NCBI GenBank assembly: GCA_017406805.1
Contig: JAFQXU010000001.1
Span: forward strand, 7,423-71,422
Direction of reading: 5' to 3'
Length of the DNA stretch: 64,000 nucleotides
Origin: Clostridia bacterium
Lineage (GTDB): Bacteria > Bacillota > Clostridia > Oscillospirales > Acutalibacteraceae
Positions 10,203 through 19,604 of the stretch are shown piece by piece (the stretch's first letter is position 1; every line of letters starts with the position of its first letter). The translations under genes were made by a program, and so were the position numbers. The notes under the pieces are model-generated. The model worked only from the letters and a program-made list of their open reading frames with translations, ran no database searches and was not told where the DNA came from.

Positions 10203-10267
10203 AAACGTGTATAAACACCGTGCAATTGTAATTATACACTTAGAAAAAGGCGATGTCAATAATTAAT

Positions 10268-11098
10268 TTACACTATTGATATAAACGCCGCGCTTCCCCC
10301 TCGTTTCCCATTTGTGGCACGGTGAGAAAACAGCAAATCATGATTACATTTTGTACACACATCAGATTTTACTATGTTTTCTTTCAAAACACCTTCTTTT
10401 AAAAGCATCTGCTTGTTTACTTCCAATAAATCTATATTTGCTTTGTCGCTGTTTTTATCATATCGTTTTAAATATGTTTTTGGCAAACCAAGCTTTTCAA
10501 ATTCTGGCAAAATATTCTCAGATACTTCAAAACAGCACTGCCCTATTGCAGGCCCCAAAGAACAAATTAAATCACTCGGCGACGAACCATAGCAGGTTAC
10601 AAATTTTTCCACAAGTTTTTTTGCAATTTTCTGAACGGTACCTTTCCACCCTGCATGAGCTAGGCCAACAACTTTTTTCACACTGTCCACCATAAATATC
10701 GCCGGGCAATCAGCATGAAAAGTAGCTAGGGTTACGCCTTTAATATCTGTAATAAGGCCGTCTATACCGGAAAATTTTCTGTTGTTTAGTGTGCCGGGTT
10801 TAATATCATTTTCATAAATGCATTTAATTTTACTGCCGTGAATTTGAGAAGTAAGAACCAGCTTTTCCATATTAAAACCTAAGGCATCACAAAAAATCCT
10901 GTAATTTTCATTTACATTTTCTGCTATGTCTCCCTGAGAGTAACTCAAATTCATAGATTTAAATTGTCCCCTACTTACCCCGCCCAATCTGGTAGAAAAA
11001 CAGTGCTTTAAAAAACTGAACTTTTCTAGATTTTTAAACGTAAGGTACCCCACTGCGTTTTTAAAATTAATATTCATTGTTTGGCTTTTAAATTTCAT
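10268..11098 (-). CDS. pgeF: Peptidoglycan editing factor PgeF (YfiH/DUF152 laccase-domain family)
   Basis: Motifs HGSKI, GIDGLITD, HADCPAIF, HAGWKGT and a C-terminal FSHR...RGGS. Confidence 0.8.
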   Translation of the reverse strand: MKFKSQTMNINFKNAVGYLTFKNLEKFSFLKHCFSTRLGGVSRGQFKSMNLSYSQGDIAENVNENYRIFCDALGFNMEKLVLTSQIHGSKIKCIYENDIKPGTLNNRKFSGIDGLITDIKGVTLATFHADCPAIFMVDSVKKVVGLAHAGWKGTVQKIAKKLVEKFVTCYGSSPSDLICSLGPAIGQCCFEVSENILPEFEKLGLPKTYLKRYDKNSDKANIDLLEVNKQMLLKEGVLKENIVKSDVCTKCNHDLLFSHRATNGKRGGSAAFISIV

Positions 11099-11190
11099 AA
11101 GTTCTCCTTTTTATAATTTTTGCAGATTGTATAATTAAATTTAAAATGATAATATATAACTAAAATATATTCACGAAAGATGGTGTTAAT

Positions 11191-12147
11191 TTGATTGCTG
11201 CACTAATAATTATTGCTTCTTTATTTTTGCTTATTTTTATTGTTTGCGGCGTTGTTGCGGGATATTTATATAATTTAATTATTTGCCCTTCGAGCGACAA
11301 ATCTATAATACTTTTAGCACCGCACAACAAAAAAAATTCATTTTTAAGCAAAGAAAACGATCAAAATATACCCTATAAAATGCCGTTTAAAAATAATTCA
11401 CAAAGTGTGTATATTAAATCTTATGATGGCCTTAAACTACATGCGTATGTTTTGAAAAATCATGCACTTAGCAACAGCTGGGTCATCATGTGCCACGGGT
11501 ACAGCGGGAATGCACTGCGGCTTAAAAGGGCAGCCGCGCTTTTCTATAAAATGGGTTTAAATGTGCTGGCACCAGATGCAAGAGGTCACGGCAAAAGCGA
11601 GGGGAAATACATTGGAATGGGCTGGCATGAAAGATTTGACGTTATAAGCTGGGCTAATTTAATTATTTCCAAAAATAAAGATGCAAAAATTGTTTTATAT
11701 GGTGTTTCTATGGGCGGGGCAACTGTTGCCATGGCTTCGGGAGAGAATTTGCCTAAAAATATAAAGTGTATAATAGAAGATTGCGGATACACAAGCGTAT
11801 GGAGTGAACTAAATTATCAATTCAGAAAATTTTTAAAATCAAAATTCAAGATTACTGCAAATCTTATTTTAAATTTGGTTTCCTTGGAAACAAAAATACA
11901 GGCAAAATACTCATTTAAAGAGGCCGATGCATTAAAACAAGTAAAAAAATCAAAAACGCCGATGCTTTTTATTCATGGGTCAAAGGATAAATTTGTGCCA
12001 ACATTCATGGCAGATAAATTATATGATGCCGCCACCTGTAAAAAAGAAAAATTAATAATCGAGGGCGCCGCACATGCAGAATCTTATGAATTCAGCCCTG
12101 GTCTTTATGAAAAAGCCGTTAAAAATTTTATTGAAGAAAATTTATAA
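11191..12147 (+). CDS. Alpha/beta hydrolase with N-terminal membrane anchor
   Basis: HG oxyanion region (IMCHGYSG), nucleophile elbow GVSMGG, and C-terminal HGSKDKFVP...AAH. Confidence 0.7.
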   Translation: MIAALIIIASLFLLIFIVCGVVAGYLYNLIICPSSDKSIILLAPHNKKNSFLSKENDQNIPYKMPFKNNSQSVYIKSYDGLKLHAYVLKNHALSNSWVIMCHGYSGNALRLKRAAALFYKMGLNVLAPDARGHGKSEGKYIGMGWHERFDVISWANLIISKNKDAKIVLYGVSMGGATVAMASGENLPKNIKCIIEDCGYTSVWSELNYQFRKFLKSKFKITANLILNLVSLETKIQAKYSFKEADALKQVKKSKTPMLFIHGSKDKFVPTFMADKLYDAATCKKEKLIIEGAAHAESYEFSPGLYEKAVKNFIEENL

Positions 12148-12149
12148 TT

Positions 12150-12908
12150 TTAAGCTAATGAAAAACCAAAAGCCGGCATAAACTCTTTGATAAAATAGCC
12201 CACTTCCGGATACTTATCAGCCATGATTTTTAATTTTTCTGTAATTGTAACCAAGGGTTTATTAAATTCAGGGTTATTTAAACTTTTTTCCCTTAAGCAT
12301 TTAATAAGTGCCGACAAAATATCTGCGTTTTTTACTATTTGCCAAAGCTCTTTTTCTTCTTCCGTGTGGCTTAAAAGGGGCCTGAAATCATCTTTAAACT
12401 CTTCCGGAAGCATTGAAATCATCTCGCTAACTGCCACTTGTTCGATTTTATCGTAAAGCGGCTTCATTTCTGTTCCAAAATACTTAACAGGCGAAGGCAT
12501 ATCACCGGTTATCAACTCAGTTGTATCATGATAAAGGCCCAAAAGTGCCGCCCTTTCTGCGTTTACTTTCCCGCCGAATTTTTTGTTTTTTATAACCGCC
12601 AAAGCATGCGCCAAAAATGCAACTTCCGCGCTATGGTCTGCTAAATCTTCGGATTCGTTGTTTTTAAAAAGCGCCCAACGATTCACATATCTGAGCCTGG
12701 AAATAAAACTAAAAAACGAATTACCTTCGTCAGACGTCCCACCAAAATTTGTGGGTATATCACTGCTCAAGCACCGGGTGTCTTTACTGCTTTTTTCGGG
12801 ATTTTCGGGCCCCGGCGGATCTGCATATACACATGATAAAGAAAGACAAAAGCATGTACAAAAAGCTATAAGTTTCAATGTGTTTTTAAAATAATTATTC
12901 TTTTTCAT
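12150..12908 (-). CDS. YfbR-like HD-domain 5'-deoxynucleotidase with an N-terminal signal-peptide-like extension
   Basis: The core RLRYVNRWAL...DHSAEVAFLAHALA...LYHDTTELITGDMPSPVKY is YfbR-like. It is preceded by about 63 aa beginning MKKNNYFKNTLKLIAFCTCFCLSLSCVYA. Confidence 0.65.
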   Translation of the reverse strand: MKKNNYFKNTLKLIAFCTCFCLSLSCVYADPPGPENPEKSSKDTRCLSSDIPTNFGGTSDEGNSFFSFISRLRYVNRWALFKNNESEDLADHSAEVAFLAHALAVIKNKKFGGKVNAERAALLGLYHDTTELITGDMPSPVKYFGTEMKPLYDKIEQVAVSEMISMLPEEFKDDFRPLLSHTEEEKELWQIVKNADILSALIKCLREKSLNNPEFNKPLVTITEKLKIMADKYPEVGYFIKEFMPAFGFSLA

Positions 12909-12937
12909 TAAATTAAAAATCCTTTTCTAAAAATATT

Positions 12938-15028
12938 TTAAACACTAAAAAGTATGTCATCGTAAGTAGGATATGGCCAATAAGATCTTGGCATGTTAAA
13001 TTCCATTGTGTCTACTATATTTCTAAGTATATTCATATTTTCCAAAACATCTTTTTTGTATTTATCAGCCTTTTCCACCAAATCATACGTTTTTTTGGCA
13101 ATATCCAGTGTATCTATCAAATCACTTAGTGTTTTACTTGCTTTTGAAGTAAGGTCAGAAAGAGTTTTTAAATTTTCCATTTCATACTCAGAGGAAATCG
13201 CCGCACCTATTTTGTTTTTGTTTAATATCTCGCTGCTAAGCTCTTTTGTATAACTGCAAACTGCGGGCAAAATTTCATTTTTTACCATGTTTATCATAGT
13301 TTTTGCCTCGATGTGAATAACTTTGCAGTAGTTTTCCATATGTATTTCGCATCTAGAAACAAGCTCTCTGTGAGATAATACTTTATGAGTGGTAAACAGC
13401 TTAACATTTTTTTCATCAAGCGAATGTTTAAGCGCATCAACTGTTGTTTTATAATTGCAAAGTCCACGAGAATTTGCTTCTTTCTCCCATTCTTTTGAAT
13501 AGCTGTTACCGTTAAATATAACTCTTTTATGCTTCTTTATTGTTCTTTGCAAAAGGTCGTTAAGGTCTTTTTCTATATTATCTGATTTTTCCAACTCGTC
13601 TGCAAACTCCTTTAAAGATTGCGCCGTTATTATATTAAGTATCATATTTGTTGCCGCAATAGATTGCGCAGAGCCAACCATTCTAAACTCGAATTTATTT
13701 CCGGTAAACGCAAAAGGAGACGTGCGATTTCTGTCTGAAGTATCGCAAGGAAAAGCCGGCAAAACATCTAGCCCAACATAGAATTCACCACGTTTTTTTC
13801 GGTTATATATTTTTCCTTCTTCAATAGATTCCAAAATTTCCATAATATCTTCCCCAAGATAAACCGAAACGATAGACGGTGGGGCTTCGTCTCCGCCCAA
13901 ACGGCAATCGTTGCCCGCAGAAGAAATAGAAATCCTAAGAAGGTCGGCGTATTCATCAACGGCTTTAATCATAGCACAAAGAAACACCAAAAACTGGGCA
14001 TTATCTCTTGGTGAAATTCCGGGTTCAAAAAGGTTTACGCCCGTATCCGACGAAAGCGACCAATTATTGTGTTTTCCGCTGCCGTTTATTCCTTTAAATG
14101 GTTTTTCATGAAGCAGGCAAACCAAATTATGTTTTTCCGCAACCTGTTTTAACGTTTCCATTATTATATGATTTTGGTCTGCGGCATGGTTAGAAAAAGT
14201 ATGTATCTGCGCAACTTCATGCTGAGCCGGTGCGACTTCGTTGTGCTTTGTTTTAGAGGGAACACCTAATTTCCAAAGTTCTTCATCAAGCTCTTGCATA
14301 AAATCGGAAACTCTTGGTTTAAGAGCGGTAAAGTAGTGGTCAGAAAGATCCTGAGCTTTAACGGGTTTTGCACCAAAAAGAGTTCTACCGCAAAAAATTA
14401 TATCTTTGCGTTTTTTATAAACTTCTTTATCTATTAAAAAATACTCTTGCTCAGCACCCATTGATGGCGTAACTTTTTTTACACTGTTGTTACCAAGTAT
14501 TTTTAAAACCCTGAGAGCCTGTTTATTAACCGCATACATGGATTTAAGCAACGGCGTTTTTTCGTCAAGAACTTCCCCACTATACGAGCAAAAAAATGTG
14601 GGTATATACAAAGATTTATTTTTTACAAAAGCATACGATGTAGGGTCCCAAGAGGTGTACCCTCTTGCTTCAAATGTTTCCCTAAGACCTCCGGACGGCA
14701 AACTGGAAGCATCGGATTCACCTTTTATAAGTTCTTTAACCGAAAAGCTCATTTTTGCGTTACCGTTATCATCAAATTCTAAAAAGCTGTTATGCTTTTC
14801 GGCTGTTATTTCCGTTAATGGCTGAAACCAATGTGTAAAATGCGTTGCTCCTTTTTCTATTGCCCAAGATTTCATTGCTCTTGCGACAAATTCGCCCGTT
14901 TCAACGTCTATTGGAGAATTCTCATTAATAGATTTTTTTAAATTTTCGTACACTTCACACGGCAACAATTTTTTCATTACTTCTTCATTAAAAACCATGC
15001 TTCCAAACATTTCTGGAATACTTGCCAT
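12938..15028 (-). CDS. glnN: Glutamine synthetase, type III
   Basis: 696 aa with N-terminal ...GATHFTHWFQPLTEITAEKHNSF, typical of GSIII. Catalytic-domain motifs run throughout. Confidence 0.9.
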   Translation of the reverse strand: MASIPEMFGSMVFNEEVMKKLLPCEVYENLKKSINENSPIDVETGEFVARAMKSWAIEKGATHFTHWFQPLTEITAEKHNSFLEFDDNGNAKMSFSVKELIKGESDASSLPSGGLRETFEARGYTSWDPTSYAFVKNKSLYIPTFFCSYSGEVLDEKTPLLKSMYAVNKQALRVLKILGNNSVKKVTPSMGAEQEYFLIDKEVYKKRKDIIFCGRTLFGAKPVKAQDLSDHYFTALKPRVSDFMQELDEELWKLGVPSKTKHNEVAPAQHEVAQIHTFSNHAADQNHIIMETLKQVAEKHNLVCLLHEKPFKGINGSGKHNNWSLSSDTGVNLFEPGISPRDNAQFLVFLCAMIKAVDEYADLLRISISSAGNDCRLGGDEAPPSIVSVYLGEDIMEILESIEEGKIYNRKKRGEFYVGLDVLPAFPCDTSDRNRTSPFAFTGNKFEFRMVGSAQSIAATNMILNIITAQSLKEFADELEKSDNIEKDLNDLLQRTIKKHKRVIFNGNSYSKEWEKEANSRGLCNYKTTVDALKHSLDEKNVKLFTTHKVLSHRELVSRCEIHMENYCKVIHIEAKTMINMVKNEILPAVCSYTKELSSEILNKNKIGAAISSEYEMENLKTLSDLTSKASKTLSDLIDTLDIAKKTYDLVEKADKYKKDVLENMNILRNIVDTMEFNMPRSYWPYPTYDDILFSV

Positions 15029-15176
15029 TTTTAATAACCTGCTTTCTTTATAAATTTACACAACAAAACAATTATATACCATAACAATTATGGGTTCAAT
15101 AATCTTTTAAATGCTTTTTTAATTAATTTTATTTATAAATATCAGGCTAAAAAATTGGCTTTTTAAATTAACAAAA

Positions 15177-15638
15177 TCAGTTAAGAAGTGCTATGCTTAA
15201 ATTTAAATACGCAGCAAAAGTAAGCCACAGAATATACGGAATATTAAGGTAAGCCGCGGCCGGTTTAATATCATAAAAAAATTTAATCATCCAAACTACC
15301 AAAACCCACAAAATAATTAAAATCACAAACGCCAAATAAAACATACGGCCTCCAAAAAACGCAAACGGCCACGAAAAATTGATTACCAGCTGCACAAAAT
15401 AAACAACAAGCGCTTTATCTTTTAATGAAGACATGGATTCATAAATCATATAAGCAGAAATACCCATTAAAATATATAAAATTACCCAAGCAATCGGAAA
15501 CAAAATAGATGGCGGAGCAAATTTGGGCAAAACAATATCGTCGTAAACAGACATTGAATTCCTGGTTAAAAAGCCAACAATCAGTCCCCCGCCCAAAGAT
15601 ATTAACAAGCTAACTATTAAAGGTTTTATTTTAATCAT
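15177..15638 (-). CDS. tspO: TspO/MBR tryptophan-rich sensory protein
   Basis: 153 aa with five TM helices and W-rich segments (PIAWVILYILMGISAYM, NFSWPFAFFG, YILWLTFAAYLN). Confidence 0.8.
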   Translation of the reverse strand: MIKIKPLIVSLLISLGGGLIVGFLTRNSMSVYDDIVLPKFAPPSILFPIAWVILYILMGISAYMIYESMSSLKDKALVVYFVQLVINFSWPFAFFGGRMFYLAFVILIILWVLVVWMIKFFYDIKPAAAYLNIPYILWLTFAAYLNLSIALLN

Positions 15639-15714
15639 TCAATCAGTCCTTTTTCAAAAATATATTTATATTATGCACCATGTAATAAATTTTATTATTA
15701 AAAGCTATTTTATA

Positions 15715-15748
15715 TTACAAAAAACCGCACCAAAAACTGATGCGGTTT
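15715..15748 (-). terminator. Rho-independent terminator of the 15824-16792 gene
   Basis: Minus-strand stem AACCGCA/TGCGGTT followed by TTTTTT. Confidence 0.7.
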
Positions 15749-15823
15749 AAAATTTTATACTATGTATCCTGTTTTTTAAAGGAATATCGTTATCCTCGCC
15801 TTTAAATCTTTGTGTGACTCACG

Positions 15824-16792
15824 TTAATCAGCAACTTCGTACAATGCGGATAAAAACTGCATATTCAACTCACTCGGCTGGACTACATTTGAATCATCTT
15901 TTGGCTGAGCCAAACGTTTTTTCTTACTTGGATAATATTCCAAAATTGGTGTAGAAGGCACATCTGATTCGCTCGGCTGAACTAAGTGCTTTCTTTTACT
16001 TGGGTGGTATTCTACAATCGGTGTAGGATATGCATTTGACTCATTTCCAGAATAATCTTTTACCGGTGTAGTGGGCATATCTAACTTGTTCGTTTGTTTA
16101 ATCCTGCTACGAGTTCTTTTACCAATAGGAGTACATATATTATTCATTAAATTCATCGCTTCAGAATATCTTCCCGATCTAAGCAAATCAGGCAATTTGG
16201 CATATTTTCTGAGCTTAGTAACTATGAGACCATCATTATTTAAAATATCCCCGTAATCAATACCGTACTCCCTCAGCGCTCTTTTTAAATCCTTAAATCC
16301 TAATTCAAAAACATCTTCTAATTTTTTCCTTTTATTAAAACATTCCTGCTCGGCTTTAAGATATTGAGCACTCATACGGCTTGCGCTATGACTCCCTGTT
16401 TTCCAGTGAACTTCCTTAGGGATTAAAACAGCCGGAGCTTCTTCTACACTTATTACACCAGGATTGTTTCTGCAAAAAGAACTGGAAATTAAGTGATGCG
16501 ACTCATATTCTCCGCCACTTCCGGTATGAAAAACGTTGTCATAAGCACCACAATCTAAAATTATAACTTTTTTACGTCCGTCGTTGTCTATAAAAAAGTT
16601 GCATTTAAGATGCTCAATTTGCTGTCTTCTTGGTTCCCGACTCTTAAAAATATTTTTACCTGATGCAGTTAACTTATACCCATCAACATAAATTACATAT
16701 CTGGCAGCTGCATTTGTGGGCAAAGTCACGCTTCCTATCATCATTAACGTTAACATTGCACCTGAAATCAATTTCCTTAAAAAATACTTCAT
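15824..16792 (-). CDS. Secreted protein with a possible SHH/HNH-EndoVII-like nuclease signature and a C-terminal Pro/Lys-rich repeat
   Basis: Signal peptide MKYFLRKLISGAMLTLMMIGSVTLPTNAAA. Central GGEYESHHLISSS...IPKEVHWKTGSHSAS. Tail repeat PTPIVEYHPSKRKHLVQPSE / STPILEYYPSKKKRLAQPKD. Confidence 0.35.
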   Translation of the reverse strand: MKYFLRKLISGAMLTLMMIGSVTLPTNAAARYVIYVDGYKLTASGKNIFKSREPRRQQIEHLKCNFFIDNDGRKKVIILDCGAYDNVFHTGSGGEYESHHLISSSFCRNNPGVISVEEAPAVLIPKEVHWKTGSHSASRMSAQYLKAEQECFNKRKKLEDVFELGFKDLKRALREYGIDYGDILNNDGLIVTKLRKYAKLPDLLRSGRYSEAMNLMNNICTPIGKRTRSRIKQTNKLDMPTTPVKDYSGNESNAYPTPIVEYHPSKRKHLVQPSESDVPSTPILEYYPSKKKRLAQPKDDSNVVQPSELNMQFLSALYEVAD

Positions 16793-17082
16793 GTTTAAAA
16801 TGTTAAATCCTTTCCGAATTTATATAATTATATTTTAACACTAATATTTTTTAAAACAAATAGTTTTTCAATTATTTTTTAAATTTCTATTATTTTTTTA
16901 AAAATTTTCCACCAAAATTCGATTTATTATAGTTATTTAACTAAATTTAAATTATTTTTAAAGATTAAAAAATTATATTTTTAAATGAAACGAAAATTGT
17001 TTTTAACTGCTAAAAAGTAAGCAAAATTTATAACTTAAAATGGTTTTAATGGTTTAACAATCGTACTATAAACTAAAAAATG

Positions 17083-17111
17083 TTGACATCCCATTTTAAA
17101 TATTGTAAAAT
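17083..17111 (+). promoter_or_regulatory. Sigma-70-type promoter (TTGACA-17 nt-TAAAAT)
   Basis: TTGACA at 17083-17088 and TAAAAT at 17106-17111, about 30 nt upstream of the RBS GGGGAGG of the 17144 gene. Confidence 0.6.
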
Positions 17112-17143
17112 TACCACATATTTTAAAAGGGGAGGAAATAAGT

Positions 17144-18310
17144 ATGGGCGAAATACTCACTAAAATAAAGAGGAATTACAAAACACACCAAATAAAAAAA
17201 GAAAAGTCCGAAAGCATCTCCGAAGAAGAACTAAAAGAAATACTAGGAGATCTGTATAAAGAACTCGAAAAAGGCATAAAAGAGTACGAAACAGAATGGA
17301 AAAAAGCAAACATCAACACGGACGTCAAAAAAGAATTTACCAGTTTTGAATCTTATTATAAAAAACTAAAATATACGTTTTTGGCATGCCAAAAAAACAT
17401 AGATAAAACCGTAGATAAAATAGATAAAATGGCTGACATCTTAGACAAAATGCCTGAAAAAATTGGCAAAGCAAAAGACACAGAAAAAAGCCTGGATAAA
17501 ATTGGGAAAATTGAAAAATTACATCCTGATGCTAAACGTTTAAAAAAAGAAATAGCAACAATAATTGGAAATCTTAAAGAACTGCGTAACAAACAAAAAG
17601 AAATAATGCAAAAAGATAGCGGTTTATCATCTATTACCCCAAAATATTTAAAAAACAAACTAAAAGCAATTAAGAAATCTGAAAAAACTACAGACAGTCG
17701 TAGGATTAAAGAAAAAGCTAACAAATTAAAGGCGTTAATAGACTTATTAAATACCAACGCAAATAATTTTGACAAATCGTGCAGGGATTCATACATCGAT
17801 GGCAGAAAATATTATTTTAATAAATTTAAAGAAATTGCAAAAGCAAAAGCAAAAAAGAAAAATAATAAAAACGTACAAAGTTTTAAAGATGATGAACTAT
17901 CCAAGTTTTTTAAAACAGGAAAAACAAATATCATTTATTTTTCACTAGGTTTTATTAACTGTTTTTATGCAAATTCATATAAATCGTCAAAAGAGTTATA
18001 TCAGGAAGTACAAAAACTACGCCAAGAAACCGATAAAATTACAGACAGCAAACTGAAAAAAGTCGGAAAACTTGCTGCAATATTAATCCCCGGACTAATA
18101 GGCATGGTGGCAAGTGTTATGAGTGCATTTAGCAGTGACTTAATTTTATTTATATCAGCCTTGGGATTTATAGTTTCTCAGTTAGGATACAGCACTCAAG
18201 AAACAATTGATGGTTCAAACGCCGGTATGTCTGGCATCAACAAACAAAACGACTTAAACATTAAAGAAGCTTTAGAAGAACTAGAAAAATTAGAAAAAAT
18301 AAGAAATTAG
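17144..18310 (+). CDS. Lys/Glu-rich coiled-coil protein with a C-terminal hydrophobic hairpin, no signal peptide
   Basis: 388 aa, highly charged and helical. The segment LAAILIPGLIGMVASVMSAFSSDLILFISALGFIVSQLGY sits near the C-terminus. Strong RBS. Confidence 0.5.
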   Translation: MGEILTKIKRNYKTHQIKKEKSESISEEELKEILGDLYKELEKGIKEYETEWKKANINTDVKKEFTSFESYYKKLKYTFLACQKNIDKTVDKIDKMADILDKMPEKIGKAKDTEKSLDKIGKIEKLHPDAKRLKKEIATIIGNLKELRNKQKEIMQKDSGLSSITPKYLKNKLKAIKKSEKTTDSRRIKEKANKLKALIDLLNTNANNFDKSCRDSYIDGRKYYFNKFKEIAKAKAKKKNNKNVQSFKDDELSKFFKTGKTNIIYFSLGFINCFYANSYKSSKELYQEVQKLRQETDKITDSKLKKVGKLAAILIPGLIGMVASVMSAFSSDLILFISALGFIVSQLGYSTQETIDGSNAGMSGINKQNDLNIKEALEELEKLEKIRN

Positions 18311-18460
18311 CAAAAATTAAAAATCAAGCATTTTACTGCCTTAAACTTTGAAACAGTAAAGTGCTTTTTTGCTGTATTTTTTTAAAAAATTTAATTAATT
18401 TGCACACCAAAAAGCAAAAAATGCCGCCTTTTTTAAGTTTAATAAGGAGGTATAATTTTT

Positions 18461-19267
18461 ATGGAATTTAAAGGAATAGACGTTTCTAAGTGGAACGGAA
18501 ATATTAATTGGAGCAAAGTTAAAAATGCCGGCATTAATTTTGCTATGATACGAGAAGGTTTTGGAGTGAAAAATCCAAATCAAATTGACAAAAAATTCAA
18601 AGAAAACATATTAGGCGCCAAAAACTCAGGGGTTAACATCGGGGTTTACCATTACAGCTACGCATGTTCGGCGGAAGAAGCCACGGACGAAGCACATTTT
18701 TGCCTTGAAAACATTCAGGATTTGCAGCCAGAATACCCTGTTGTAATCGATATTGAAGACAAAAGCCAGCTAAAGCTTACAAACCGCGAGAGAACAGATA
18801 TTGTTAAAACTTTTTGCGAAGAAATTGAAAAAGCGGGCTACTACGCTATGTTCTACTGCAACTTAAATTGGCTTAATAATTATTTGTATAAAGACGAACT
18901 AACGCAAAAATACGACCTTTGGCTTGCTCAATGGAATATAGGATCACCTTCAAATGAATGTGGTATATGGCAATATTCCAGCACAGGAAATATAGACGGA
19001 ATAAACGGATACGTAGACCTTAATATATCATACAAAAACTACCCCGAAATCATAAAAAATAAGGGCTTAAACCGCTATGGAAAAAATAACACCAATAAAA
19101 CATCAAATAAGTCTTATTTTGAATACACGATTAAAAAAGGCGACACTCTTTGGGAAATAGCTCAAAAATACCTTGGAAGCGGCACAAAGTATAAAGAAAT
19201 CAAATCTTTAAACGGACTTGAATCGGACACAATTTACGTTGGCCAAACATTAAAAATACCAAAATAA
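18461..19267 (+). CDS. GH25 muramidase (endolysin-like) with C-terminal LysM domain, no signal peptide
   Basis: GIDVSKWNGNINWSKVKNAGINFAMIREG...VYHYSY...DIED is the GH25 pattern. C-terminal YTIKKGDTLWEIAQKYLGSGTKYKEIKSLNGLESDTIYVGQTLKIP is LysM. Confidence 0.85.
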   Translation: MEFKGIDVSKWNGNINWSKVKNAGINFAMIREGFGVKNPNQIDKKFKENILGAKNSGVNIGVYHYSYACSAEEATDEAHFCLENIQDLQPEYPVVIDIEDKSQLKLTNRERTDIVKTFCEEIEKAGYYAMFYCNLNWLNNYLYKDELTQKYDLWLAQWNIGSPSNECGIWQYSSTGNIDGINGYVDLNISYKNYPEIIKNKGLNRYGKNNTNKTSNKSYFEYTIKKGDTLWEIAQKYLGSGTKYKEIKSLNGLESDTIYVGQTLKIPK

Positions 19268-19281
19268 GGAGATCGTTATTT

Positions 19282-19560
19282 ATGAATAAAGAAATATCTA
19301 AAATTTTAATAGTTTGTAGTCTTATTGAAGGAATTATAACATACATAAACAGTTTTTTTGTTTCAGGGAGTCCCCATTATCAAATGATTTTAAGTTTGCT
19401 TTTTGGGGTATTTATTGCAGTAGCTTATAAATTTGATATATTAAAAATGATAAATATAAAAAGCAGCAATCCCTACATTGGAAGTGTTTTAACGGGAATA
19501 CTTTTTTCAAGAGGGAGCAACTATATACATGACGTTTTATCACTTATGAACCTTATATAA
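19282..19560 (+). CDS. Holin-like small membrane protein
   Basis: 92 aa with 2-3 TM segments, starting 15 nt after the lysin stop. Its size and topology resemble phage holins. Confidence 0.5.
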   Translation: MNKEISKILIVCSLIEGIITYINSFFVSGSPHYQMILSLLFGVFIAVAYKFDILKMINIKSSNPYIGSVLTGILFSRGSNYIHDVLSLMNLI

Positions 19561-19604
19561 AAAATAAAAGCCCACGAAAACAATTCGCGGGCTTTACTTA
19601 CAAT

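Noticed and set aside
15781-15810. Short match (CCTCGCCT) to the ssrA 3' end as a possible island att repeat
   Set aside because: It is only 8 nt and in inverted orientation relative to ssrA, which is compatible with chance.
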